From contig JAXDLN010000091.1 of the NCBI GenBank assembly GCA_034666565.1, forward strand, positions 3,968-67,967: a stretch of 64,000 nucleotides of DNA, in the 5' to 3' direction. Both the position numbers and the translations under genes were made by a program. The notes beneath the pieces are model-generated. The model was not told where the DNA came from, searched no databases, and saw nothing but the letters and a program-made list of their open reading frames with translations. This document shows, piece by piece, positions 50,113 through 59,354 of the stretch; positions within the stretch are counted from its first letter, which is position 1; every line of letters begins with the position of its first letter. The DNA comes from Chloroflexota bacterium (lineage in GTDB: Bacteria; Chloroflexota; Dormibacteria; CF-121).

Positions 50113-50124
50113 GCAAACGATTGC
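50113..50124. promoter_or_regulatory. LacI-type operator 4
   Basis: GCAAACGATTGC. Confidence 0.7.
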
Positions 50125-50186
50125 GGTAGACCCGGTCGACTCACAAGGGGTTAACGTGTGGTCGGGCGGTAACACCGCCTGGGCGA

Positions 50187-51263
50187 ATGCAGCGAAGGGG
50201 CGGCGGGGCGGGCGGGCGCGAAGGGCCGGGGGAGCGGACGATCGTGACCCTCGAGGATGTCGCGCGGGCAGCGGGCGTGCACTACTCGACCGTTTCGCGG
50301 GCCCTCGATCCCGACACCGCCCGACAGGTCAACGTCGTGACCCGAAAACGGGTCGCGGCCGTCGCCAAACGAATGGGCTACCAGAAAGACATGGTGGCCA
50401 GTGGCCTGAAGCGAGGGCGGACCCACACGGTGGCCGTGGTCGTCGGCGACCTTGGGAATCCAAACATTGGTCCGCTCCTCCGCGGGATCTCGAACCGGCT
50501 CGAGGCCGCCGGACTGATGCCGCTCATCGTCGAGACGCAGAATGACCCGGCACGCCTGGAGCGCATCGTCAACCACCTGCTCAGCCGCCGGGTCGACGCC
50601 TTCATCTTGACCGCCGCGCGACTCGGTGACGGGCCGAAGCTGCGCCGGATCCGGCGGCACGGCATCCCGGTCGTGCTGGCGGTTCAATCGGTCCCGGGGA
50701 TCCGTTTGCCGGCCATTACCAACGACGACATCCTGGGCGGCGCGCTGGCCGCCCAACATCTCCTCGCCCTCGGGCATCGGCGGGTTGCCCAACTGCGCGG
50801 GCCGCCCGACATTTACTCCTGCTTGCAGCGCGCCCAGGGGTTCAGCCAGACGATCGCGGCGGCGGGCGCGACGGAAGTCGTGCTCCGGTCGACAGCGCCC
50901 ATGGGGACAGCCGAAGAGGGCCATCACCTCATGCGGCAGCTCCTCGACAGCAAGCGACCCCTGCCGACCGGCATCTTCGCCCATCACGACCTGATGGCCT
51001 TCGGGGCATTGTCCGCGGCGGAGGAACGCGGGCTGGCCTGTCCGAGGGACTTTTCGATGGTCGGCTATAACGATTTGCCGAACGTGGAGCGCATGGTGCC
51101 GCCGCTCACCTCGATCCGCCTCCCGCGCGAGGAACTTGGCGGTCTCGCCGCGGAGGTCATGGTCAAAATGCTTTCCTCGGCGGACCGGCCACCCGCGTCA
51201 CGCAAACTCGCCCCTACCCTGGTGGTCCGCCGGTCGACCGGACCGCCCCGCGAATCGCGGTAA
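50187..51263 (+). CDS. LacI-family regulator 3 (tandem paralog of regulator 2)
   Basis: MQRR extension, TLEDVARAAGVHYSTVSRAL, YQKDMVASGLKRGRTHT. Confidence 0.92.
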   Translation: MQRRGGGAGGREGPGERTIVTLEDVARAAGVHYSTVSRALDPDTARQVNVVTRKRVAAVAKRMGYQKDMVASGLKRGRTHTVAVVVGDLGNPNIGPLLRGISNRLEAAGLMPLIVETQNDPARLERIVNHLLSRRVDAFILTAARLGDGPKLRRIRRHGIPVVLAVQSVPGIRLPAITNDDILGGALAAQHLLALGHRRVAQLRGPPDIYSCLQRAQGFSQTIAAAGATEVVLRSTAPMGTAEEGHHLMRQLLDSKRPLPTGIFAHHDLMAFGALSAAEERGLACPRDFSMVGYNDLPNVERMVPPLTSIRLPREELGGLAAEVMVKMLSSADRPPASRKLAPTLVVRRSTGPPRESR

Positions 51264-51267
51264 CCGG

Positions 51268-52272
51268 TCAACGAAGCGCCGCGAGATCGACGCTGCGCCC
51301 GCTGCGGGCGCTTTCCACCGTCGCCTCGAGGACCCGGGCCACTTCGAGTCCCGCCGCGCCACCCGTTTCAGGTTCGACGGCGTGGTTGATGCAGCGGACG
51401 AACTCAGTCAGCTCATCGGCCACGGTATCGATGGTCTCGATCGGCTCCTCACGCCGGCGGGTGTCGCCGACGGCCTGGATGAACACTCGGTTGCCGTCCT
51501 CCTCGTTCCAGGCACTGCCACCCGTGCCGTAGGCGGCCAGGGTCACAATCGGCGGCACATAGTAAGAGGTGTTGATGCTGCCGAGGGCGCCGCACTCGTA
51601 TTCGATCAAAAGCGTCGTAGCCTGGTCGATCGCCCCCATGCCGGGGGCCCGCGTGCTGAAGGCGGACACCCGCTTGGCGGGGCCGACCAGGAAATGAAAG
51701 GTATCCACCATGTGCACGCCAAGCGCCGTCATGGCGCCAGCCGGTGACTCACGCGGGTCACGCCGCCAGCCCGGCAGCGTCGTTGATAGGCCACCTGGAT
51801 CCATATAGGTCGCTTCGAGCTGGAGGACGGTTCCCAGATCGCCCGCGTCGATCATCCTCCTAATGCGCCGATTCGCCGGCTGGCGACGGCGCCGATGGCC
51901 AACCTGCAGGACCACGTGGGCCAGTTCAGCGGCGCTGATGGCGCGACGAGCGCCCGCGACCGTCAGCGCGAGCGGCTTCTCTACGAAGACATGCTTCGAG
52001 GCCAGGGCGACCTGCTCGACGATCGCAGGATGCGTTGAGTGTGGGGTCGCAATCAGCGCCCCATCGACGTCAGGGTCAGCGAGCAGGGCCTCCAGGCTTG
52101 CGACAGGCCGGCAGCCAATCTCGTGCGCGAACCGTTCACGGCGCTCGGGTGAAACGTCGAAGCAGGCCACAATCTCGGCCAGGCCAGCCGTCTTGGCCGT
52201 CTGCGCCAGGACGCCGCCGTACACGCCGACGCCAATGACAGCGAGACGGACGGTTCGCGGATCCGCGTCCAC
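51268..52272 (-). CDS. Gfo/Idh/MocA-family oxidoreductase
   Basis: LAVIGVGVYG, IATPHSTH, HVFVEKPL, GHRRR, LGVHMVD. Confidence 0.92.
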   Translation of the reverse strand: MDADPRTVRLAVIGVGVYGGVLAQTAKTAGLAEIVACFDVSPERRERFAHEIGCRPVASLEALLADPDVDGALIATPHSTHPAIVEQVALASKHVFVEKPLALTVAGARRAISAAELAHVVLQVGHRRRRQPANRRIRRMIDAGDLGTVLQLEATYMDPGGLSTTLPGWRRDPRESPAGAMTALGVHMVDTFHFLVGPAKRVSAFSTRAPGMGAIDQATTLLIEYECGALGSINTSYYVPPIVTLAAYGTGGSAWNEEDGNRVFIQAVGDTRRREEPIETIDTVADELTEFVRCINHAVEPETGGAAGLEVARVLEATVESARSGRSVDLAALR

Positions 52273-53289
52273 CTACTCCTCGGATGCGCCCGAGGTGAAT
52301 TTCGCCAACAGCAAGGCGGCGAGGATGATGCCCCCAAATGCCGCATTGATCCAGAAATCGGGAATCTGGGAGAGGGTGAGGATGTTGGAAATCACGCCCA
52401 GCAGCAGGACCCCGGTGAGGGCGCCGAACATCGTGCCCTGGCCGCCGTTCAGCCGGATGCCGCCGATGACGGCGGCAGCGAATACGGTGAAGATCATGTT
52501 CTGCCCCTGGCCGGAGAGCACCGAATCGAGGCGGCCGGTCAACAGCAGCCCGGCCAGCGCCGCCAGCGCGCCGCCGACGATGTAGACGATCCAGACGACC
52601 CGCTCGACCCGGATGCCGGACGCGCGAGCCGCCTGTGGGTTCCCCCCGACGGCATAAATGGCGCGACCGAAACTGTGATATCGGAGGAAGAACCCGACGA
52701 CGAGGAAGAGAAAGCCGGCAATCCAGACCGACGCCGGAACCGCCAGCCAGCTGGCGGAGCCGAGATAGACGAGCGGCGCCGGCAGATCGAACATCGTCCG
52801 CCCATTGCTGAGGCCGACCGTCACGCCGCGCAGCAGGATGAGCATCGCGAGCGTGACCATGAATGCGTTCAATTTCACGCGCGCGACCAGGAAGCCGTTG
52901 ATGGCCCCGACCAGCATCCCGGTAAGGAACAGGATCGCCACGGCGATGTAGGCGTTGAGGCCCAATCCGGAGCCGCCCGTCAACTTGGTGGTGACAAGCC
53001 AGCCGGCGATCATGGGCGCAACGCCGACGATCGACTCGAGCGAGAGATCGAACTTGCCGGCTAGCAGGATGAGTGTTTCGCCGATCACGAGGATCGCCAG
53101 CTCGGATGACTGCTGGAGGATGTTGATCAGGTTCTGCTGAGTTAGGAACGCGTCGTTGACGATGGTGCCGGCGATCAAGGCGACGATGATCGCGGGAACC
53201 AGGGCAATCTCATGCAGCAGCCGCGCATTCATACGCTGCCGGATGGCACCCGCCGATTTCTTCAGCGCCGCCCGCTCAGTGGTGGCGAT
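52273..53289 (-). CDS. Sugar (RbsC-like) ABC permease; start ATC 53289 or ATG 53232
   Basis: FDLSLES, FMVTLAMLILLRG, FGRAIYAVGGN..AA, AAAVIGG..L.GG.G. Confidence 0.92.
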   Translation of the reverse strand: MATTERAALKKSAGAIRQRMNARLLHEIALVPAIIVALIAGTIVNDAFLTQQNLINILQQSSELAILVIGETLILLAGKFDLSLESIVGVAPMIAGWLVTTKLTGGSGLGLNAYIAVAILFLTGMLVGAINGFLVARVKLNAFMVTLAMLILLRGVTVGLSNGRTMFDLPAPLVYLGSASWLAVPASVWIAGFLFLVVGFFLRYHSFGRAIYAVGGNPQAARASGIRVERVVWIVYIVGGALAALAGLLLTGRLDSVLSGQGQNMIFTVFAAAVIGGIRLNGGQGTMFGALTGVLLLGVISNILTLSQIPDFWINAAFGGIILAALLLAKFTSGASEE

Positions 53290-54796
53290 GGGCTACCCCT
53301 TCCATGGCCCCGATCAGCTCAGCGTCGTACCATCCGCGGGCAAACTCCCGCACAACGCGGCCGCCGAACATCACGATCACCCGATCACAGATGGCCAGCT
53401 CGTCCAACTCGTCCGAGACGAGGAGCACCGCCGTCCCGGCCTGGGTGATCGTCTCGAGCAGCAAGCGCTTGGAGGCCACGTCGACCCCCGCCGTGGGACT
53501 GACCAGCACGAGCGCCTGGGGGTTGGAAGCCACGGCGCGGCCGAACACCATCTTTTGCTGATTGCCGCCCGAGAGCTCGACGGGCCGCTGTTGCGGGCTG
53601 GAGACCAGCACATGCATCCGCTCGATCAGCGCTAGCGCCCGGCGGCCGCGTCGCTGATGGTCGATCGACCCCCACGGCCCCAGGTCGTCGAGCACGGTCA
53701 TCGTGATGTTCTCTTCCACCGAAAGATCCGGACAGAACCCTTGTGTCTGGCGATCCCCCGGAAGGAACCCGAGGCCGCGGTCGATGGCGCCGTCCACCCG
53801 TCCGGCTGGGACGGCTCGACCGTTCAACAGCACGCGGCCGCCGTCCGGTTTGACCAGACCAATGATCACGTCCGCCAGCTGGGCCTTGCCGCTAGCCGCC
53901 AGCCCGGCCAGGCCGACGCATTCGCCCTGGTAGACGTCGAGGTCGATTTTCGAGAACCACCGCTGCCAGGTGAGGTCCCGTACCGCCAGCACCGGTTGGC
54001 CGGTGTCGCCCGGTGCCGCATCACGGGTTGCCCGCGGCGCAATCGCCCGGGTGGCGGCGGCCTCCCCCACCATGGCATCGACGATCTGCTCCTTTCCCAG
54101 CCCTTTGACCGCTGCGTTGAGGACCACGTGACCGTCGCGAAGGATCGTGACCGAATCGCAGACCTCGTAGATCTCGTCCAGGTGATGCGAGATGTACAGG
54201 AAGCTGACGCCGGCGTCGTGCAGGTGTCGCATCTGCCTGAACAAGAGGTCGATCTCGGCGGCTTCGAGCTGGGCCGTCGGCTCGTCGAGGATGATGAAGC
54301 GCGAGCCCAAACGCAGGGCGCGAACGATCTCGACCAACTGGCGCTGCCCGGGCGGTAGCTCGGATGCAAGGGCGTCGACGTCCGCCTCGATGCCCCACTC
54401 ATCGAGAAGACGCCGCCCCTCGGCTCGGATCGCCCGCCAGCTCAAGAAGCCGGACCGTCGCTGGGGATATGCGTTGAGAAAGATGTTCTCCCCGACCGTC
54501 ATCGTAAGGATGACGGTGGAACGTTGATAGACGCAGCCGACCAGCTCGCGCCACTGCTCTCGGGCGGTGACCGGGGGCGCCGGCCGGCCGAGAAAGCGGA
54601 CGTCGCCGGTGTCCGGGCTGATCAACCCGGTAAGGATCCCGACGAGGGTCGATTTGCCGGCTCCATTCCGGCCCACCAGCGCCCGCGTCTCCCCCACCGG
54701 CACAACCAGGGAGACGTCGCGAAGCGCCTCGGTTGGACCGAAGCGCTTCGATACGCCTGACGCCGCGACGATCGGAGCTGCGGAGATGAGCGACAA
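53276..54796 (-). CDS. Sugar ABC ATPase (RbsA-like, tandem NBD)
   Basis: GRNGAGKST, ILDEPTA, ISHHLDEI, LSGGNQQK. The second Walker B reads LVSPTAGVD. Confidence 0.92.
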   Translation of the reverse strand: MSLISAAPIVAASGVSKRFGPTEALRDVSLVVPVGETRALVGRNGAGKSTLVGILTGLISPDTGDVRFLGRPAPPVTAREQWRELVGCVYQRSTVILTMTVGENIFLNAYPQRRSGFLSWRAIRAEGRRLLDEWGIEADVDALASELPPGQRQLVEIVRALRLGSRFIILDEPTAQLEAAEIDLLFRQMRHLHDAGVSFLYISHHLDEIYEVCDSVTILRDGHVVLNAAVKGLGKEQIVDAMVGEAAATRAIAPRATRDAAPGDTGQPVLAVRDLTWQRWFSKIDLDVYQGECVGLAGLAASGKAQLADVIIGLVKPDGGRVLLNGRAVPAGRVDGAIDRGLGFLPGDRQTQGFCPDLSVEENITMTVLDDLGPWGSIDHQRRGRRALALIERMHVLVSSPQQRPVELSGGNQQKMVFGRAVASNPQALVLVSPTAGVDVASKRLLLETITQAGTAVLLVSDELDELAICDRVIVMFGGRVVREFARGWYDAELIGAMEGVAHRHH

Positions 54797-54802
54797 CCGA
54801 GG

Positions 54803-55843
54803 TTACTTGGTCAGCGTGTTCGCCCAGAGACCTTTGTCGTCAACGTTGGCCGCCGTTACCAGCGTGGCCGGCATCAGGTCCATGGCGTTGCCGTTAAAGA
54901 GGACAACCTTAGTGTTATGGTCCGTCGTCCCTGCGCCGGGCAGGGCCTGACCCTGGATCGCCATCTTGAGGTACTGCACCCCGTATTTCGCGTAGAGGTT
55001 GACTGGTTGCGAGATCTCCGCATCCATGACACCGCTACGGACGAGACCCAGCCCTTGCGGTGTGGCGTCGATACTGACGTTGTAGATATGACCCGCCTGG
55101 CCAACCTTGGCGCCGTGGCCCAGCTGGGTTTCGACCGCCAGCGTCGCGGCCAGCGCATAGTCAGCTTGCTGGAAGACGCCGCCGAGATCTGGGTTGGCGG
55201 TGAGGACGGTCTGCAAATCGGCCACCTGCTTTTGCGCATCCCAGTCGGTTGGCCGCTGGATCAGGGTGATGTTGGGATGCTTCTGCTGCATGCAGTCGGC
55301 GAAGCCCTGGGTCCGTTCCCGGCCATTGATCGAGGTCTGGGCGCCCTCCAGCGATAGGACCTTGCCTTTGTCGCCGAGCGCCTTCGCCATGTCGGTGCAG
55401 GCGATCTCGCCCATGCCGATGTTGTCGGCGCGCACGATCATTGCAAGGTGGCCCCCGTCGGGGCCGATGTCGATCGACACGACGGGAACGCCTTTCGACT
55501 GCGCGTAATCGAGGGCCGGAATGATCGCCTTGCTGTCGTTCGCCACCACGATCAGGCCGGTGGCGCCGGCAGAGATCAGGCTTCGGATGTCGCTGTTCTG
55601 CTTGCCGGAATCGCCGTTGGCATTGGTGGCAGGGAGCACCTTGAAGCCGGCCGCCTTGGCGATGTCGCTGACCGCATTCTGTTGCGCGGTTTCGTAGTCG
55701 CTGAACAAGAACGGTTCCGAATAGCCCAGCACCAGCGCCTTGCCGCTGGCATTCGTGGCCGTGTTCGACGATCCGCAGGCCGCGACGAACAACGGGATCG
55801 CGGCGATAAGCGCCGAACCGATGAGCGCGGGTCGTTTCCTCAT
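54803..55843 (-). CDS. Sugar-binding lipoprotein, RbsB/Peripla_BP_4 family (start ATG 55843)
   Basis: Lipobox VAAC, KQNSDI..LI..G, GVPVVSID, ADN..MG, RTQGF, SIDAT, ISQP. AAGGAGG SD. Confidence 0.9.
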   Translation of the reverse strand: MRKRPALIGSALIAAIPLFVAACGSSNTATNASGKALVLGYSEPFLFSDYETAQQNAVSDIAKAAGFKVLPATNANGDSGKQNSDIRSLISAGATGLIVVANDSKAIIPALDYAQSKGVPVVSIDIGPDGGHLAMIVRADNIGMGEIACTDMAKALGDKGKVLSLEGAQTSINGRERTQGFADCMQQKHPNITLIQRPTDWDAQKQVADLQTVLTANPDLGGVFQQADYALAATLAVETQLGHGAKVGQAGHIYNVSIDATPQGLGLVRSGVMDAEISQPVNLYAKYGVQYLKMAIQGQALPGAGTTDHNTKVVLFNGNAMDLMPATLVTAANVDDKGLWANTLTK

Positions 55844-55871
55844 GAGTCCCCTCCTTCTTGATGCGATCTCG

Positions 55872-56321
55872 TCATCCATCGATGCTTCCGTCGGGGTCGT
55901 AGCTGTAGCCCGCCTGCTCCAGGCTGGCTGCGCCGCCGTAGAACCAGAGCAGCACGGCCCGTTCCGTGTCCGAGGTGTTGGTGAAGCCGTGCGCTTCTCC
56001 CGGATGCGCGACAACCACGTCACCCGGCGCCATCCGGACGTCGACGTCGCCGACCCGCGCCAGACCCTGGCCTTCGATCAAGTATTCGATCTCCTCAGCA
56101 TTGCTGTGCCGATGAATGTCATGCCGTGCCTTGGGCGGGAAGGTCGTGATCCCAAACACGCTCTTTTTGGCACCGCCGCGTTCCTGCGTGATCACCCACT
56201 GGACAGCCATGTTGATCCAGCCCTCGTCGGCCCGGTGCGACAGGGTGGGCGCCACCTCGGCCACCCGCACTTTTTGCGGGTGCGAATCGACGACCCTTCG
56301 TTGTTTCTTGGGTACCGCCAT
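55872..56321 (-). CDS. Cupin-domain protein
   Basis: HDIHRHSNAEEIEY and GDVVVAHPGEAHGF. Confidence 0.88.
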   Translation of the reverse strand: MAVPKKQRRVVDSHPQKVRVAEVAPTLSHRADEGWINMAVQWVITQERGGAKKSVFGITTFPPKARHDIHRHSNAEEIEYLIEGQGLARVGDVDVRMAPGDVVVAHPGEAHGFTNTSDTERAVLLWFYGGAASLEQAGYSYDPDGSIDG

Positions 56322-56336
56322 CTTCAGATCCCGAGA

Positions 56337-57371
56337 CTAAAAGTGAAATTGATCAATGTTGTCCGCCGTGAAGGTCACGGGCTTGCCGACGTTGACGACG
56401 CCGCCGGTAACGCTGAGATTGCCCAGCTTGCCCGCGGGCAGCGTGCCGTCGCCCTTGGGGAAGGTGCCCTTGATGTAGGCGTCGATGGCGTAGACGTTGG
56501 CGTAGGCGGTGTCGGCCGGGCTCCAGAGCACGCAGTTCTTGATCGTTCCCGCGTGGATGGCGGCTTTGACATCACTCGGAATGCAAAGCCCCGCCACCGG
56601 CATCGCGTGCGGGTCGATGCCGAGCTGCTGCTCCGCCTTCACGGCCGCCGACATGCCGCCGCCGATCACCCAGACGCCGGTGGTCGTCGACTTGTGTGCC
56701 GCGAGGTAGGTGCTCACGACGCTCAAGACCGTGGCCGGGTCATCATTCCCTGGAACGATCTGGTCGATGTGCATGTTGGGATGCTTTGACGCGATGTACG
56801 GCTTCATGAAGGCGATCCAGGTGTTCTGGTTGGAAGCCGTCGCCGTCGAGCTGACCAGCAGGAAGTGACCCTGGTCGTTGACCTGCGCCGCCATGGTGTC
56901 GACGATGCCCTGGGCGATCAGCTCGTCGCTGGCCTGGCTGATGAAGAACTTGCGCGCATCCTTGGCCACGTCGGCGTTGAAGGCGGAGACGACGATGCCG
57001 GCGGCCATCGCCCGCTTGAGCGCCGGGGCGACCGCGTCGGGATCGTCGCCGGAGATGGTGATCGCGGCCGGGTGCTTCTGGATCGAGTTTTCGATCGTCG
57101 TCACCTGGCCGGCGGCGTCGGCGGTCGACGGACCGACGTAGCTGATGGTGTAGCCGAGCGCGGCCGCTGCCTCCTTCGCGCCGTTGAAGGCGTCGGTGAA
57201 GAACGGATCGCTGGTCTGCTTGGGAATCAGCACGATGACCTTGGATGTTCCCGAGCCGCTGGTGCCCGCAGTCGACGAGCCACAGCCGGCGATGACCACC
57301 CCCAGCAGTGAGAGTCCGATCAATCGGGCCCCTCGATGGCGCCATAAACCAGAGCCTCGCGATATTGTCAT
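56337..57371 (-). CDS. LsrB/RhaS-like substrate-binding lipoprotein (start ATG 57371)
   Basis: Lipobox IAGC, IPKQTSDPFF, GP..ADAAGQ, SSTATASNQNTW, LWSPAD. GAGGAGG SD. Confidence 0.88.
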   Translation of the reverse strand: MTISRGSGLWRHRGARLIGLSLLGVVIAGCGSSTAGTSGSGTSKVIVLIPKQTSDPFFTDAFNGAKEAAAALGYTISYVGPSTADAAGQVTTIENSIQKHPAAITISGDDPDAVAPALKRAMAAGIVVSAFNADVAKDARKFFISQASDELIAQGIVDTMAAQVNDQGHFLLVSSTATASNQNTWIAFMKPYIASKHPNMHIDQIVPGNDDPATVLSVVSTYLAAHKSTTTGVWVIGGGMSAAVKAEQQLGIDPHAMPVAGLCIPSDVKAAIHAGTIKNCVLWSPADTAYANVYAIDAYIKGTFPKGDGTLPAGKLGNLSVTGGVVNVGKPVTFTADNIDQFHF

Positions 57372-57402
57372 GTCGTTTTCCTCCTCTTCTTTGAACACGG
57401 CG

Positions 57403-58359
57403 TTAGGTCCGAATCAGCGATGGTCGAAACAGCACCTCGTTGAATGCGACGGCAGCGACCATGACGAGTCCGACGGCGACGAATTGCCAGCTGGTGTCGA
57501 TACCGGCGAGCACGAAGCCATTGGGGATGACACCAATCAGGATCACGGCGAGCGTTGTGCGGATCACTGAGATTTCGCCGCCGCGGATGGTGGCGCCCCC
57601 GACCACGACCGCCGCGATCGCCAGCAGCTCGAGGCCGCCGCCGGCATCGCCGCGGGCGCTGAAGACCCTCGAGGTATAGATCACGCTCGCGATCCCGGCA
57701 AGCAGGCCGCTGGCGCCGTAGACCGCCATCCGGACGGCGCCGATGCGAACCCCGCTGAAACGGGCCGCCAGCTCGTTGATCCCGACCGCCACCAGCTTGC
57801 GCCCCGAGGCCGTCATCCGGGTCAGGACGTAGACGACCAGGATCACGAGCGCCCAGATCAGGGTCTGCCCTGGCACGGTGCCAAGGTAGGCCTGGCCTGG
57901 CAGCTCGAAGGAGGTCGGGAAATTGGAAAAGGCGCCGCCATTGAGGATGCCCTGCGCCAGCCCTCGGTAGAGCGCCAGCGTGCCGAGCGTTACCAGCAGC
58001 GGATGGAGGCGCAGGAGGACGACCATGGCCCCGTTCGCGATGCCACAGAGCAGCGCAATCCCCAGCGCCAGGCCAATCGCCACCCCGATCGGCACGCCAT
58101 GCAGCGAGGCGTAGCCGAGCACCACCGAGGAGAGCCCCAGGATGGCGCCGACCGACAGATCGATGCCACCGGAGGCGATCACGATCGCCATGCCAAGCGC
58201 GATGATGCCGTTCTCGGTGTCGAGCCGCGCCATGTTCAGCAGGTTCGACGAGGTGAGGAAATCGGGAGAGAGCGCGGTGAAGACGGCCATGGCGCCGAGG
58301 AGGAGCAGCACCAGGCCGGCGGAGCGTGCCAGGTCGCGCGGAATGGCGAGCCGGTTCAT
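57403..58359 (-). CDS. Sugar ABC permease (LsrD/RhaQ-like; start ATG 58359)
   Basis: GGIDLSVG, LLVTLGTLALYRG, LELLAIAAVVVGG. TGATG overlap. Confidence 0.9.
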   Translation of the reverse strand: MNRLAIPRDLARSAGLVLLLLGAMAVFTALSPDFLTSSNLLNMARLDTENGIIALGMAIVIASGGIDLSVGAILGLSSVVLGYASLHGVPIGVAIGLALGIALLCGIANGAMVVLLRLHPLLVTLGTLALYRGLAQGILNGGAFSNFPTSFELPGQAYLGTVPGQTLIWALVILVVYVLTRMTASGRKLVAVGINELAARFSGVRIGAVRMAVYGASGLLAGIASVIYTSRVFSARGDAGGGLELLAIAAVVVGGATIRGGEISVIRTTLAVILIGVIPNGFVLAGIDTSWQFVAVGLVMVAAVAFNEVLFRPSLIRT

Positions 58360-59354
58360 CAACGTGCCCCGGCCCAGCGCTGCACGCGGAAGCGGTCGCG
58401 CGCCACAGCGAGCAGGATGAAGGCGCCGTAAGCCAGGGGAATCCAGACGCCGGGCACGCCCAGGATGACGATGCCGTCGGTGATGACACCGATCAGCAGG
58501 GCACCGATCAAGGGCGCGAGGTCGGTCCCTCGTCCGCCGCGGATGTCGGTGCCGCCGATGGCACAGGCGGCGATCACCTGCAGCACCAGGTTGGTCCCCA
58601 CCACCGAGGTCTGGATGCCGCCCAGCTCGCCGAGGTAGATGACCGCGCCCAGACCCGCAAGCAGACCTGATAGGGCAAAGGCCACCAGCAGCTCGCGCCG
58701 GATAGGGACGCCCATGATGCCAGCCGCGCGCCGGTTGCCGCCAGTCGCCATCAGGTCCCGGCCCCACTTGGTGTTTCGCCGAGCGACGGCGAGCACGGCA
58801 AACGCCACCAGCACCACGAGCACCGGCATCGGCATCCCGAGGAACCGCCCCGCACCCAGGATGTCGGCCGAGTCCGGGACGGAGACCACGTTGCGAGTGC
58901 CCGACCACAGCAGCGCGGCGCCCTGAAAGGCGTAGAGCGTCCCCAGCGTCGCCACGATCGAGGGGACGCGGGTGCGGGAGACGAGCAGGCCGTTGACCAG
59001 CCCGGCGAGCAACCCGACGCCGAGCCCCACGGCGAGCGTCGGCCAGGTGCTGCCGGTGGAGAGCGCGACTGGACCCGCAACGAACCCGGCTAGGGCCAGG
59101 ATGGAACCCACCGAGACATCGATCTCACCCGCAAGGATCACGAGGTTCTCGCCCAGTGCCAGGCAGGCGACCACCGCAACCGACAGTACGATGCTGCGAA
59201 AGTTATCGATCGACAGGAAGCCACGGGCCGTGATCGAGAAGAAGACCACCGCCACAAGTACGGTGGCAAGCGCAATGACATCGGGGTGGGAGACGAACAG
59301 CCCCACGCCCGGGCGCCGGTCCCCACGGAGCGCGACCGGTTTCAAGACGGTCAT
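58359..59354 (-). CDS. Sugar ABC permease (LsrC/RhaP-like)
   Basis: GEIDVSVG, SIVATLGTL, WGRDLMATGGN, IAACAIGG..I.GGRG. Confidence 0.9.
   Translation of the reverse strand: MTVLKPVALRGDRRPGVGLFVSHPDVIALATVLVAVVFFSITARGFLSIDNFRSIVLSVAVVACLALGENLVILAGEIDVSVGSILALAGFVAGPVALSTGSTWPTLAVGLGVGLLAGLVNGLLVSRTRVPSIVATLGTLYAFQGAALLWSGTRNVVSVPDSADILGAGRFLGMPMPVLVVLVAFAVLAVARRNTKWGRDLMATGGNRRAAGIMGVPIRRELLVAFALSGLLAGLGAVIYLGELGGIQTSVVGTNLVLQVIAACAIGGTDIRGGRGTDLAPLIGALLIGVITDGIVILGVPGVWIPLAYGAFILLAVARDRFRVQRWAGAR

Noticed and set aside
51268-56321. DgpABC-type C-glycoside cleavage system (Gfo/Idh/MocA plus cupin)
   Set aside because: The required xylose-isomerase-like TIM-barrel subunit is not present in the window.
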